Positions 21,612-32,300 of a stretch of DNA of 32,300 nucleotides are shown here, in pieces. The position numbers and the translations under genes are program-made. A model generated the notes under the pieces. The model saw only the letters and a program-made list of their open reading frames with translations. It was not told the origin of the DNA and ran no database searches. This DNA comes from Asterionella formosa (taxonomy: Eukaryota). The stretch is from assembly GCA_002256025.1 (NCBI GenBank), contig NKIB01000495.1, forward strand, positions 1 through 32,300. Reading direction: 5' to 3'. Each line of letters starts with the position of its first letter. Position 1 is the first letter of the stretch.

Positions 21612-21866
21612 TGGTTTTTTGTAATAGAAATAAATACTGAGATTGACTTCAGGACGATTCCACTCCAAGTTTTGTATTCAAGCCGTTCCCACAGTTGTTT
21701 GGAAAAAAATGTAGAACGGTGTGCGATGGCTGGCGGCGAATACTTGAAACAGAATTAAGGAGAATCACTAGGAAAAATACTACATAAATAGGGTAGATCT
21801 TAATTCAAAGGCACACAAAAGGTCATAAGGAGCCAGGGTTTTCATTTTGTGACGCAACAAAGTCGT

Positions 21867-24800
21867 TCAGACAAGTTGTTGTCTCTCATCCTGTGGGTTT
21901 GTCTTCGTAAGATCAAAAACAGTGCTATTCTTTGACGAGTTGGAGGCCACCGATTGGTTTGATGATCGGCCTCGGGAAGAGCGGGATCTAGAACGACTTG
22001 AACTGTTCGTCGGGGGCTGCGGTGTGGTTTCACGCAACGAACGGGAGCTGGTACCGTCGCGGACTTTGGACGTGACTGACTTGCCGTTTCTGGTCCTACT
22101 CTTAGAGCGCGAACGAGAAGTTGAGCGCCGATTCCTAGATTTGGAACGGCGACTAGTAGTTTCATCAGGAAGCATGCTATCCTCAAGGTCAGCTGGACCA
22201 ACCTTTCTGCGCTTTCTTTTCTTCCTTCGTGTAAGGTCACGAAAGAAAAAGCCAAGATAACTCTCACCTCGGCGTCTCTTCTTGCGGGCTCTGGCAAGAA
22301 AGATAGAAACTGATAAGGTGACTGCCATGAAAGCAACCAGCATGACGGAGAATTGTCCAACTGAACCAAGGGCATCCCATGCAACAGCAGAAGCCTTGGG
22401 CTTATACCTTTTGCGGAAACACTTGTCCAAGTGGAAGTTATGGGGTTCGTCGCAACCTCCCTTCCACGTCGGAGCCGGAGAAAAGGTAGGAGGCATCGAT
22501 GCTCCATTGTACTCGACCCACGAACCACCAAGATCTGGCTTGAACACTTCATATAGGTCGTAACGGTTCAAGAAAAGTCCTAGACATCCTCCATCAGGAC
22601 AGAATTTACTGGTTCCAACGGCAACACCTGAAGGATAAAGGGAACGCCAGTAATCGACGTATGAGTTACACCTTTCAAGGTATGCGGCAGCCAAATCGGT
22701 CGACGAGAATCGCGGCGAATAGGCAATTGTCATTGACGGACAGAAACCTCCAACATTTGTATTACCCGGACCACAGCCATAACTTGCGCGGTCTCCGGCA
22801 GCGTGCATAGCACAATTTGTGTAGACTCCGTAGCTGTTGGAAGGTGACTGGTAGTTCCATGAAATTCCCAATTGCTTGCACAAACTATCATACAGGTAGG
22901 CAAGGGCAGACGAGGAATCGACTTCAAACTGCAGCTTCAAGTGACCGTTATCATCCACATACACGAAAGCTGGCTTGATGTAGAGCTTTCCGAAATCAAT
23001 GTTGCGCCCAACTTTGATCATATCTCCAAGCTTCATTCCACCCTAATTAGAAAAAACCATTAGATGAGAGCAAATTCACTTTCCGAGGAGAAAATTGCAT
23101 TTTAAAAACGTACCAGGCTTGGATTAGTCGTTCCAGTGTAAAAAATGGGAATATGTGCTGTGTCCTTGTCAACAATGGAACCAACGGAATTACCAATTTC
23201 TTCCCCAACAAGCCAACCGTGGTTAGTTCCAAATGATTTAATATACGTATAGTTACGGTCGCAAAGATATTCAAAATCAAACTGATTTTGGAATGATGAT
23301 GTACTCTGTAACTTGGAGGAGGAACTGCGAGAAAGAGGAATACCAAAAAATGTTTCTCCCTCTTGCAGACAGTTAGGAGGCAGAGTCCAACCATCTGTCA
23401 TGTCGTGCAGGGCCATCTGTGACTTCCAGTTGTATGCATTATGGGTCCACCCGTTGTTGTTATTGTTCTTATCGTTGTTATAGTTGAAGCTAATCGAGGT
23501 TGTTGATGAGTAATAGCTGGACGTATCCGTCTTCATGTAAAGAGTAGCATAGTACTTTTCATCAGAAGTTACATCACGGTATGGGGCGAAGGCTTTCGTG
23601 ATATTGGCACGGTCAAAGAAAAAGTACAAGTTTCCGTAGCCGACGTACTGTTTTGTTCCGCCGTGGCCAGGTGGGAAAGCAGCATATCCAGCGGACCCAA
23701 TGGTGACACCCTTTGGGTACATTGCTTGCCAAACAGCAACTTCGAGGTTAGCATTATACAAATATTGTGAGGCATGATCTGACGACCAGAACTTAACACC
23801 ACGGGCCATGGACACGTGAGGATCAGTATCATGATCGTCCATGCAAGGGCCACCACCAACGGCATCCAATGAATCAAATAAATCTTCAACAAATTTTTCG
23901 TACGACGAATAAGACGTGCTGTCCTCGTAAGTCTCCACAATAGAAACAATTAATGTAACATCACTCGATGGAACATCGCTACTACTACTACCATCTTTGC
24001 CATGCCCACCACCTCCCTTCAAGTATTCAGGAAATACACTGAATGGGGGGAATGTCAATTTTTTCATAGCGCTATACACCTGAGTAATTGAAGTCCCACT
24101 ACGTAATTTCGGTGAGAGAATGGCTCAGAGTCATTGCAAGTACATTGCATGTCATAACCTTCACTTACCCAGTGCTTGGATCCATGTTACCGATACGAAG
24201 CAACTCAGTATGAGATGAATCTATGTAACTAAGGAATGTTTGTGATAGGTGTTTGAGTTCAACTGGTTCTGAAGCAAGGAGTCACATATTGGAGTCGACA
24301 GCGACAGAAACTTACGGCATCTTTCCCGAATAATCAAACGTTTTGTATCCCCCTCCAACAAGCCATCCATCCTCATCCATGCTCATGACATAATCATAGT
24401 TGCGATCGATAATATTCTCCATAGGAAACTGATCACACAGCTGGTATGAATAAGGATTTCCGTTTGGTCTATTGACGGAGAAGGAAAGTCCAATAAAGGA
24501 GAGTCCTTCATGGGAACAAGAGGAGTCCCCAGAATCGTGCGACTTCGTCTTCCCACTCTGACAATCGTGTCCATACATAGCGCAAAGGCTGTCAGCTCCA
24601 TAACTCTGGTAAGTGTAGCAGCAACCAGTCAGCTGTGATGAAAGTTTGCGCTGGAACTCCTCTGGAGTCTCGTCCATTGTGGCTTCGAGCATGTTTACGT
24701 CGCCGCTAGGTCTGTTCTGTTCTTCCAATTTCCAAGTAGGCTTGCTCATCACTGCTGGTTTGTTCTTTTCTGCTTGAATTCGTTCGTCCGTTTCGCGCTC

Positions 24801-24992
24801 GGCGTCACGGCGCCTGGAGCGGTAGGCAGGACCTTCAAGGGGACGACCATTGTCCAAGTATCGCCCGATCTGACCGGACTCTTGACGCGCCTTGACGACT
24901 CGAGAGCGATCTGCCAATTTCGACTCAACTGGAGCCATTGAGGCTATGCTTGCTAGTACACATAGCGTCAGAAGAGTGCTTGATCTATTCAT
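21867..24992 (-). CDS. Four-exon type I membrane protein (~965 aa): signal peptide, duplicated Cys-containing luminal domain, one TM, basic/RS-rich tail; exons 24992-24316, 24228-24169, 24098-23114, 23042-21867
   Basis: Three GT-AG introns (GTAAG, GTAAGT and GTACG donors) join ORFs 24312..25223, 23102..24079 and 21867..23036 in frame; total 2898 nt. Signal MNRSSTLLTLCVLASIASMAPVES; TM VGQFSVMLVAFMAVTLSVSIFLA followed by RARKKRRR. Confidence 0.85.
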
Positions 24993-25907
24993 GATGCAGG
25001 TTCGGTCTTGTCGATCTGCGGAAACCTGCAACGAATACCAGGCGCTAAACAACAACAAAACTTTCACTTCCGCAACAACCGCTGAATGCAAGCCTGCTAA
25101 GAGTTGTTTACAATGCTTTAGCAACTTATCAATTCGGTAGACTGTTAAACAACGAGACACTGGGACTTTGCTGGTACTCTCGATGTTGTTGTAGTAAGTG
25201 TTTTCTGTATAGAGATGTTGCAACGTACTCCACTAACCATTAGCTACTAAATCATGCGAAGTTTCTTGGACAAAAGCAATTATGTGTAATCTTTTAACAT
25301 TCCGAGCAAGGTGCGCTACAAGAGTGACCGGTGTTCTTACACGGTACCAGTACCAACAGCCGTGTAGATGGGATTAGCGAACGCTGGCGCAAACTTTTAA
25401 ATAACGAATAATTCTATAGTGGAGTAAAAACAGATAGTACTTTCGAGCCAATAACGGACAAGGTTAAATGAAGCGATTCGTGTAGCGATTATTTGACTTC
25501 GCACAGACAAAGCACAACAGCATTGCTGGAATACCGTCCTCCGGGGTACCCAGGTACACTGAGAAATTATCGCTGCCAGTACATGGTACCCTGGTACAAG
25601 CACTCCAGGTAAAAACCAACCAGGTACGCCGAGTACCTACCATCCTTGCTCCACGGGGAGTAAGACAGACAGAAATGAAGCGAGCCTGCGATGCAATCAG
25701 GAGCGACCGTAATTCAATCCTTATGTGCGACAAGAACGATGATCGTTTAAATATTTAAAATACATACATATTCAAAATAGATACACATTTTTCATATCTG
25801 AATACAAAGCAATGCGCTCATTCCCATGATCTGAGTACCGGTAGTTGAGCCGCTGAGCCATTACCGGTATGTGAATTACTTATCGGGTAAAGTACCAGTG
25901 TGTAATT

Positions 25908-26004
25908 AAAAAAAAGAACTTTATTAACGAAGCTCGGACCTCTATCCCATGCATCACGACCCCTTTAAAAGTGCTGATCCTACCATGACTTGGCTAACTC
26001 ACCC
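25908..26004 (-). repeat. Degenerate tRNA-derived sequence (possible SINE head or tRNA pseudogene)
   Basis: Minus strand reads GGGTGAGTTAGCCAAGTCATGGTAGG (A-box-like)...GGGATAGAGGTCC (degenerate B-box)...T8 run. No intact cloverleaf. Confidence 0.35.
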
Positions 26005-26995
26005 TGCTCGCCTTCCAGCATTCAGACTCCACTGATAGCACTGCTGCTTTAGTAGTGCTGGGTTGAATTGGCCAGAGTCAATAATGGCATGATGACATGA
26101 TCATGGTTGGTCAATGATATGTATTGATGAGCTTGCTGTCTAGCAAAAGTTTCTTTCATCTGATAGACATGATCAAACACTTCCCCTTGCTTGTGCCCTT
26201 CATTTATCCTTCAGTTACAGGTTTTGCTCGCTCCGTATGCCTCTTTGGCACACGCATCACATATAGTGCAATATGCAACTCCCTTCCTCTCTCCAAGCAA
26301 TTTCTGCAAGAGTACTACACTTTGGTATAAACATGACCTCAAGGCAACTAACTCAAAGATTGGTCTCAGCCAATGTGCTCATCATTTCTTTGCTACCTTT
26401 CAAGAAGTCAGAACACATTGACATGATGTATCTCAAACTTGAATAAAGGTTGACAATTTCATGTGAATCTTGCCATCCAATTAAAGTGGTATCATATTAA
26501 GCAAGTAAGGTAAGGCTTTGCCATCAATCAACCCTCTTCCACACAAGACTTGCATTACCCCTTTGCCTTGCCTTATCAGCATTCCTTGTCTTGTAGCTAG
26601 TTTTCATTTCATACTACAAAAACATATTCTGAAGCTGGCATTTTCTTAACCTTTGGTGTTATTAGCTCCTCTTGACAAGCAAAGTCAGCAGTCAATTCCG
26701 ACCGAGTACAAGGTGTGTTTTATTGCACTACTAAGTACATCAGGTCGGCATGAACGTTGCTCAATGTCAGTTATTGTCAATAGTGAATTCAAATTTTCAA
26801 AAAATTTCGAATTACTTGAAAGCATCCATGGCATCTGAATTGGCTTCAAAGACTAGTTGGGGCTTATCTTGTTTATTGATTGTTGACTGGCAAAAGTCAT
26901 TTTGTATTTTGTAAGCAAGAATTAAATTCCATTGTCAAAGGGTCATCAATGTGGAGGATGCTTCAATAAGACCTAGATTCTAGAAACTGTTGTTG

Positions 26996-27225
26996 TCGTC
27001 TGCAAATTAAAATTATCATGAAATTAGGATCAAGGGTATCACACACTAAGTGGCACAGGACTTCTCCATCTATGATAGTTCTTCGGTTAAAAAAAATGAT
27101 CAATTAATATTATAAGTATTCGTCTGCAAATAAAAAAAATCATGCATATAGGATCAAGGGTATTGTACGCTAAGTGGCACAGGATTTTCATATATTTGAT
27201 AATATTTGGATCAAAACTATGATCA
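26996..27225. repeat. Diverged tandem duplication, period 124
   Basis: TCGTCTGCAAAT...ATCATG...TAGGATCAAGGGTAT...CTAAGTGGCACAGGA...ATGATCAA starts at 26996 and again at 27120. Confidence 0.9.
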
Positions 27226-28088
27226 AGGTATCCTGTAACTATGATGATTTATTAATATTTTACCGAACTTGAAGTATTATGATAATAAGAACTTTATCAT
27301 CACACAATGTATATCACCTGATCAACAACATTTCTCATCAATATCATAAACCTTCTCATATTATTTTCAATTCTCGTGATTGCCAAATGTAAATTATAAC
27401 TACAATGCATTTAAAATCAGCTAAACTCTACGCTAGTATCATGTGAATTGTTTCATCTTATATCTATCCTAAGCATGATCATAATTCTAATCAGAAGCAT
27501 TGTTCAAAATAGATTGAAATGGATTGTAATTTAACTATCAAATTTAGCAATGCTATCTATGATTCTACAGGCCAGCGACCCAAAGAATGTTTCTCTCCTC
27601 TCCACTTGTCTCAATGTAAATTGTTCCTCCTATCTTGTCCTTTTCTTCCTCTTTTCTGAATCTTGTGCCAAGCAGTGACTACTAATGTTGCGTCTCTCTC
27701 CCTGCTGTTAGTGTCATTCTGAACTCGCCGACTATTCTGTTGTTTGATCGGTTTTATTGTCCTATGCAGTTACAGTAACAATGAGAAGGAATGACTTGTT
27801 AGCTAGACATGTTACACTGACACAACATCACGCTATTCCATCGTATCTTCTTGCTTGCTTCATTTACCACAAATCAAAGCAAGTGATGCATAAGTCTGTA
27901 ATAGGAAATTGTCAGTAAATTCTTGAATAAGCAAAGTTTCAGCAAGTTTCAGGTATCCAATGTTGTCGAATAATGAAAACTTACCGATTCATTTTCGTTA
28001 GCTTAACTTTGAGAGAAGGTTAAGTGGCGTGTCCGTCAGTTATGTTCCATCAGAAGTGAATAAGTCCAATGACAATAGCACTTACCAA

Positions 28089-28112
28089 TTTTGTTTTGTT
28101 TTGTTTTGTTTT
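28089..28112. repeat. (TTTTG)n microsatellite
   Basis: Four full TTTTG units plus TTTT. Confidence 0.9.
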
Positions 28113-28841
28113 ACATTGGTGCTCCCCAACAAGCGAAACGAACTATTGAATCAACTGAGAAGAAAAGAAATGTGCGTTTAGTTAACAATTTGTTGTTGTC
28201 CTGCCTCCCAACGATTTTCACCCAAGTACCACATTGATGGCTTTATTAACTTAAATATACTCCATCCTTCGAAGGCGCAATGTGTCGAAGCCACAAAGTT
28301 TTTCGTTATTGCGTAAACTTTACTTGTCATATACTGTACTACGATTTTTCTTTTCACGAAGCAGGCATTGTTTGTTAACATGACAGAACGATTTCAAATA
28401 TATTTGCCATGTATATAGTAATAAAATTTGTAAAAAAGTAAATATATCAAGTGTCGTACATTTATAAAATTCAAAGGCACTCTCAATCTGGCATGTCTGG
28501 TAGCTATTGTTGAGATGATCATATTTGCATATAGATAATTCGAAAATATTCAATGCACGATAGGTCCATTGTTTTCCACGACTTCGTGTACCGGTACTGT
28601 TTCTGAAATTTGTTTGCATCAATATTTTCTACTTCCGCTGGAACTTATTATTTACCGGCAGACTATTAAATTGGTGTAAGTGATAACCCATTTGCATCAT
28701 TATTTTTATGCAAGAATTTTGGTAGCAAATTGTTTAAGCCCCTTTTTTGGGCGGGAGTTTTTCATGTGTACATCAGATGATCATAACATTTTATCATACA
28801 TATATTAAGAGTATCAGTGGCAGGTTGGAAGTGATATACTG

Positions 28842-29069
28842 GGGGTAGTCGGAGTAGTAAGCAAGCAACAGAATACCATATGGTAAGGACTGTTGCTACT
28901 GCAGCGGGACAGTAAATTATCATAGTTTCAGGATCGTATTATCATAAAATTGAAAGGGGATAGTCGGAGTAGTAAGCGAGCAACAGAACACCGTATGTTC
29001 AGGACTGTTGCTACTAAAGTGGGACAGTAAATCATCATAGTTTCAGGATCGTATGATCGTAAAATTGAA
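28842..29069. repeat. Tandem duplication, period 115
   Basis: TAGTCGGAGTAGTAAGCRAGCAACAGAA...GGACTGTTGCTACT...GGGACAGTAAATYATCATAGTTTCAGGATCGTA...AAAATTGAAA starts at 28846 and 28961. Confidence 0.95.
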
Positions 29070-29280
29070 AACAAGATATGCTATTACTGAAATTCGGTTC
29101 TGATTTTGCATATGATAATGGAAACAGCACCACTGTTGGTCTTATGGTATCATATCTAGACAGTGTAAAATATTATATGTAGTGGCTGATGATTCATTTC
29201 ATTGTAGCTTGCAACACCTGATTCTAAGTTCATCGAAGTTTAAGGAAGAGAACGACAACAGTTATCTAGTAGTACAAGCA

Positions 29281-31190
29281 ATGTCTTCAAAAAACCATAA
29301 AGAGGTGCATGGAAACAAGGGACATGTGGCAAATACTGCCGGTATAGAACAAAGAAGCAAGTGCCAAAATACCAAAATGAGTTAACAAAAAAAGCGAATC
29401 AGCAATTATCCAAAGGAACCCAATTGGCGACAGGAAATTAGTGGGGGTACTACCCCATCATCTATGGGGACACCATTAGCTACACAGGATCCCCTAATTG
29501 ATACTGAAAGTGATGATGACGTTTCTTCTTCAGTTGTTGCTACAAGAAAAATGGCTCCTGTCGATAATATCATTAAAAACTCCCGGATACAGATGGACGA
29601 CATAGTACCATATCATAAATTTTCTAATTGCACAGACCAACAAGTATGTAAGAAACTGAGGGAAAACATTTTGCACTTGCCAAAGGATATTATCAATTGG
29701 TCAATGAACTCAATCAGTACAAAGGTCGTAATTCGGTTCAAAACTCGCTCGTCCATATGAGGTTATCAAGAATCTTCTATTTCAGAAGCCTTATCAGAAC
29801 ATCGTTCCCGCTTAGCTAAAATTGAACCGATCCATCAATTGTCACAAAGGTTGTGAGTTTTATTTGCTTTTTCAAGACCAAGAAGTTTTGTTGTGAACAT
29901 GTAAGTTTGAGGTTATAGTTTGTGAATTGCAGGTACTGTAAAACAGAATATCAATCTAATGTGTATTTTTCTGGTCCCAAAAGAGAATCAAACATCCCGC
30001 CCAATCTGGTCCAAGTAATATGAAAGGCATTTCCAATCACAAACAGTATTGGTTTGCCCAATGTTGCCTAACTTGGCTATGCACAGTGAAACCGGAGTTA
30101 GGCAAAGAAGTGGAGAGTGACCCAGAGCTTGCCGATTTCATATGGAATGGTTCTGATGCACTACTTCCGATGAATCAGAGCATTGAACATACCAACAAGG
30201 CATGTTTAGATTATTTTAAATCAACCTTTTGTGGCATGTGCATTAAAAAGTTGTGAGACTGTCAGAATGTATTGAATAATCAATTTAAAGGTTTCTTAGG
30301 TAAGTTCTTGCAGGGCGGGAGATGCTCCGAAAGCATGATGTTTTGAGTCAGTGATTCTTATATAATTATCAAGTATGTTTGAATTTAAAAATGCTAACAT
30401 AATTCATGACACACCAGCTGGTCTAACAGAATATAGCTAACTTCCAGACAATGGATATTGATGACTTTATTAGGTGGGCGTTCACGCTTTATCGTTTTGC
30501 GCAGTCAAAGGACATTGACAGGGGAAGCCAAAAAGGATACCAAGTCTGGCATGATGTTCTTTCTCCAGTGTTTTTTATAGGCAGGACAAGCCGTGGAAAG
30601 CCATTTCTAACAGGAGACAAATCTGGTGTGACCAAATTTCAACTCAGTGTGCGTTCAGGCACAGTGTGAATTGCAATCACGTTTTGTTGGTTCGCTGATC
30701 AATGCCAGTACAGAAACCTTTTGCTTCTTGGTGCTGAAAGGTAAATTCCGATTGCAACAAAAATATTTGGGTTTCAATCCAGATATCCATGAAATTTCAG
30801 AGAACAATATTCGTCATTCTACTGATTTTGTCGACATTGGTGGGAAACCACTTATCAAAAAAAGTGTGAGGGAAGAAAGTTCAGTTTCAAATGGTCTCAC
30901 TGATCAATGGACTGATGATTTACTCGTTTATTATAAGGAAATCTACACTGGACTTTCACAAAAGAATCGATCTGAATATGAAAGGCAGGATTCCTAGTGG
31001 AATTGCTACTTCCACCACAAATATCAGCCATCTACCCACACTCATACTTCTATTTCTCAACGTAAGTGAAGAGGATATGCATCAATATGTTGAACCACTT
31101 CAACCAAATGTTCCTGAGAAGAATATTGATAAAAATGACCGCATTAATCAACAGGACATTGATGACGATGTTGATTTTGAATGGATCTAA
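29281..31190 (+). pseudogene. Fragmented, intron-containing ORF relic, probably transposon-associated
   Basis: Chain of same-strand protein-like ORF fragments (29464, 30020, 30451, 30647, 30891) broken by stops and frameshifts. Candidate GT..AG introns near 29851-29932 and 30300-30418. Confidence 0.5.
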
Positions 31191-31676
31191 TAGAATCCAA
31201 TGCATACTTAGTTACATAATTGATATAGTTAGTGAGACTTCTACGATGCAAACCATTTCATAGATGTTAAGAAAAGATTCACGCTGCTCTATACTAGTAG
31301 TGCCGCCTGTACTATATGTTTTGGTAATCTTCCATTTATACTACTATGGTGGAGTGATAGTTTCATGACTCTATATTGTCCAGCACAGCGTAATCGGAGT
31401 GATGCTAAATTTATTATTAATAATTAATTTTCATTCCATCCTGTTCATATCCTGAATTGGTCATCATTTGAAGTTCTTTGCAATGTCTTTGCGGACATTG
31501 CAATGGTGTTATCTGTGTTACTACAAATTTCGGATTTCGGAAGAACAAATCACCATCTGAGTCTCACAATCGAAATTGTCCTAGCAACCGTGTTTTTTAT
31601 GCATATGGTCACTGACGACATTGCATGCAAGAACATCGAGTTCCTGGAATACATTATGAAACTATGAATTGCGGTA

Positions 31677-32300
31677 GTGCATCGAATCATTCAAGGAAAA
31701 AAGTTAATGGCAGCCAGTGTAACTGCTGCAGCATTTAGGGAGAGTAGACAACAAGAAGAGATTATGTGTCCTTTCCTTGAATCAAGTTGCCACAATCATC
31801 CATTTCATGACGACTGCGATGATTCAGTTTATAACAATATTCAGTCACAACAAGACGAACAGTTGAGTCTAAAAACTCTCCAAGGATTGAATGCAGAAAC
31901 CATGCAATATTCAGATTTCCAAGATCATACCGGCTTTAAATGCCCCTTCCTCCTCAATTTCAACTTCCAAGTAAACATTCTCTAAGCATGCGCGCATCCA
32001 ATCGATTTAGAACTCATGTTATTCCTTAATGAGAATTACCTTCCACCAGTTTACTTTGATCATCTAATGAAATGGCTGTTCAAGGCCAAAACAAATGAAA
32101 TATTGTGAGGGAAGATATCAAGCTCCATCCTACCAGACTTTGAGAAAACACATGGATATTTCATAGCTGGTGGTCAACTGTTGACCAAACAAATACAGAA
32201 TGATAACAAGCAATTCAAACATGATCATCCCACGCACACTCCATTATTTCGAACCAATACAGCTCATGGCAGGATTGCTACGCGATTCCGATATCATACA
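31677..32300 (+). pseudogene. Possible N-terminus of a decayed DNA transposase (Plavaka/EnSpm-like), running off the window
   Basis: The frame from 31995 reads HPIDLELMLFLNENYLPPVYFDHLMKWLFKAK and, after a frameshift, PSYQTLRKHMD. This resembles N-terminal segments of diatom transposon ORFs by recall only. Confidence 0.35.

Noticed and set aside
21842..22563. ORFs 21842..22552, 21922..22260 and 22282..22563
   Set aside because: Shadows of the last exon of the membrane-protein gene.

Overview
Eukaryotic nuclear DNA, most likely from a diatom or other heterokont alga. The evidence is bipartite signal+ASAF-type plastid presequences, short GT-AG introns and TTAGGG repeats. Four intact genes are supported: a plastid-targeted hypothetical protein (-), a two-exon plastid DUF1825-like protein (-), a TyrP/HAAAP aromatic amino acid permease (+) and a four-exon ~965-aa type I membrane protein with an internally duplicated luminal domain (-). 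The rest is mostly AT-rich, repeat-rich sequence. It holds a decayed Crypton-type tyrosine-recombinase transposon flanked by 30-bp inverted repeats, a PIF/Harbinger-like non-autonomous element carrying an ankyrin gene fragment, MITE-like foldbacks (one built from telomeric repeats), tandem duplications and probable transposon ORF relics. The most striking unexplained feature is a GC-rich, strand-specific ~245-nt rod-like hairpin at 6321-6566. Its ten CGAG tetramers sit symmetrically so that they would form five regularly spaced tandem G.A mismatches between unrelated, G.U-rich helices.
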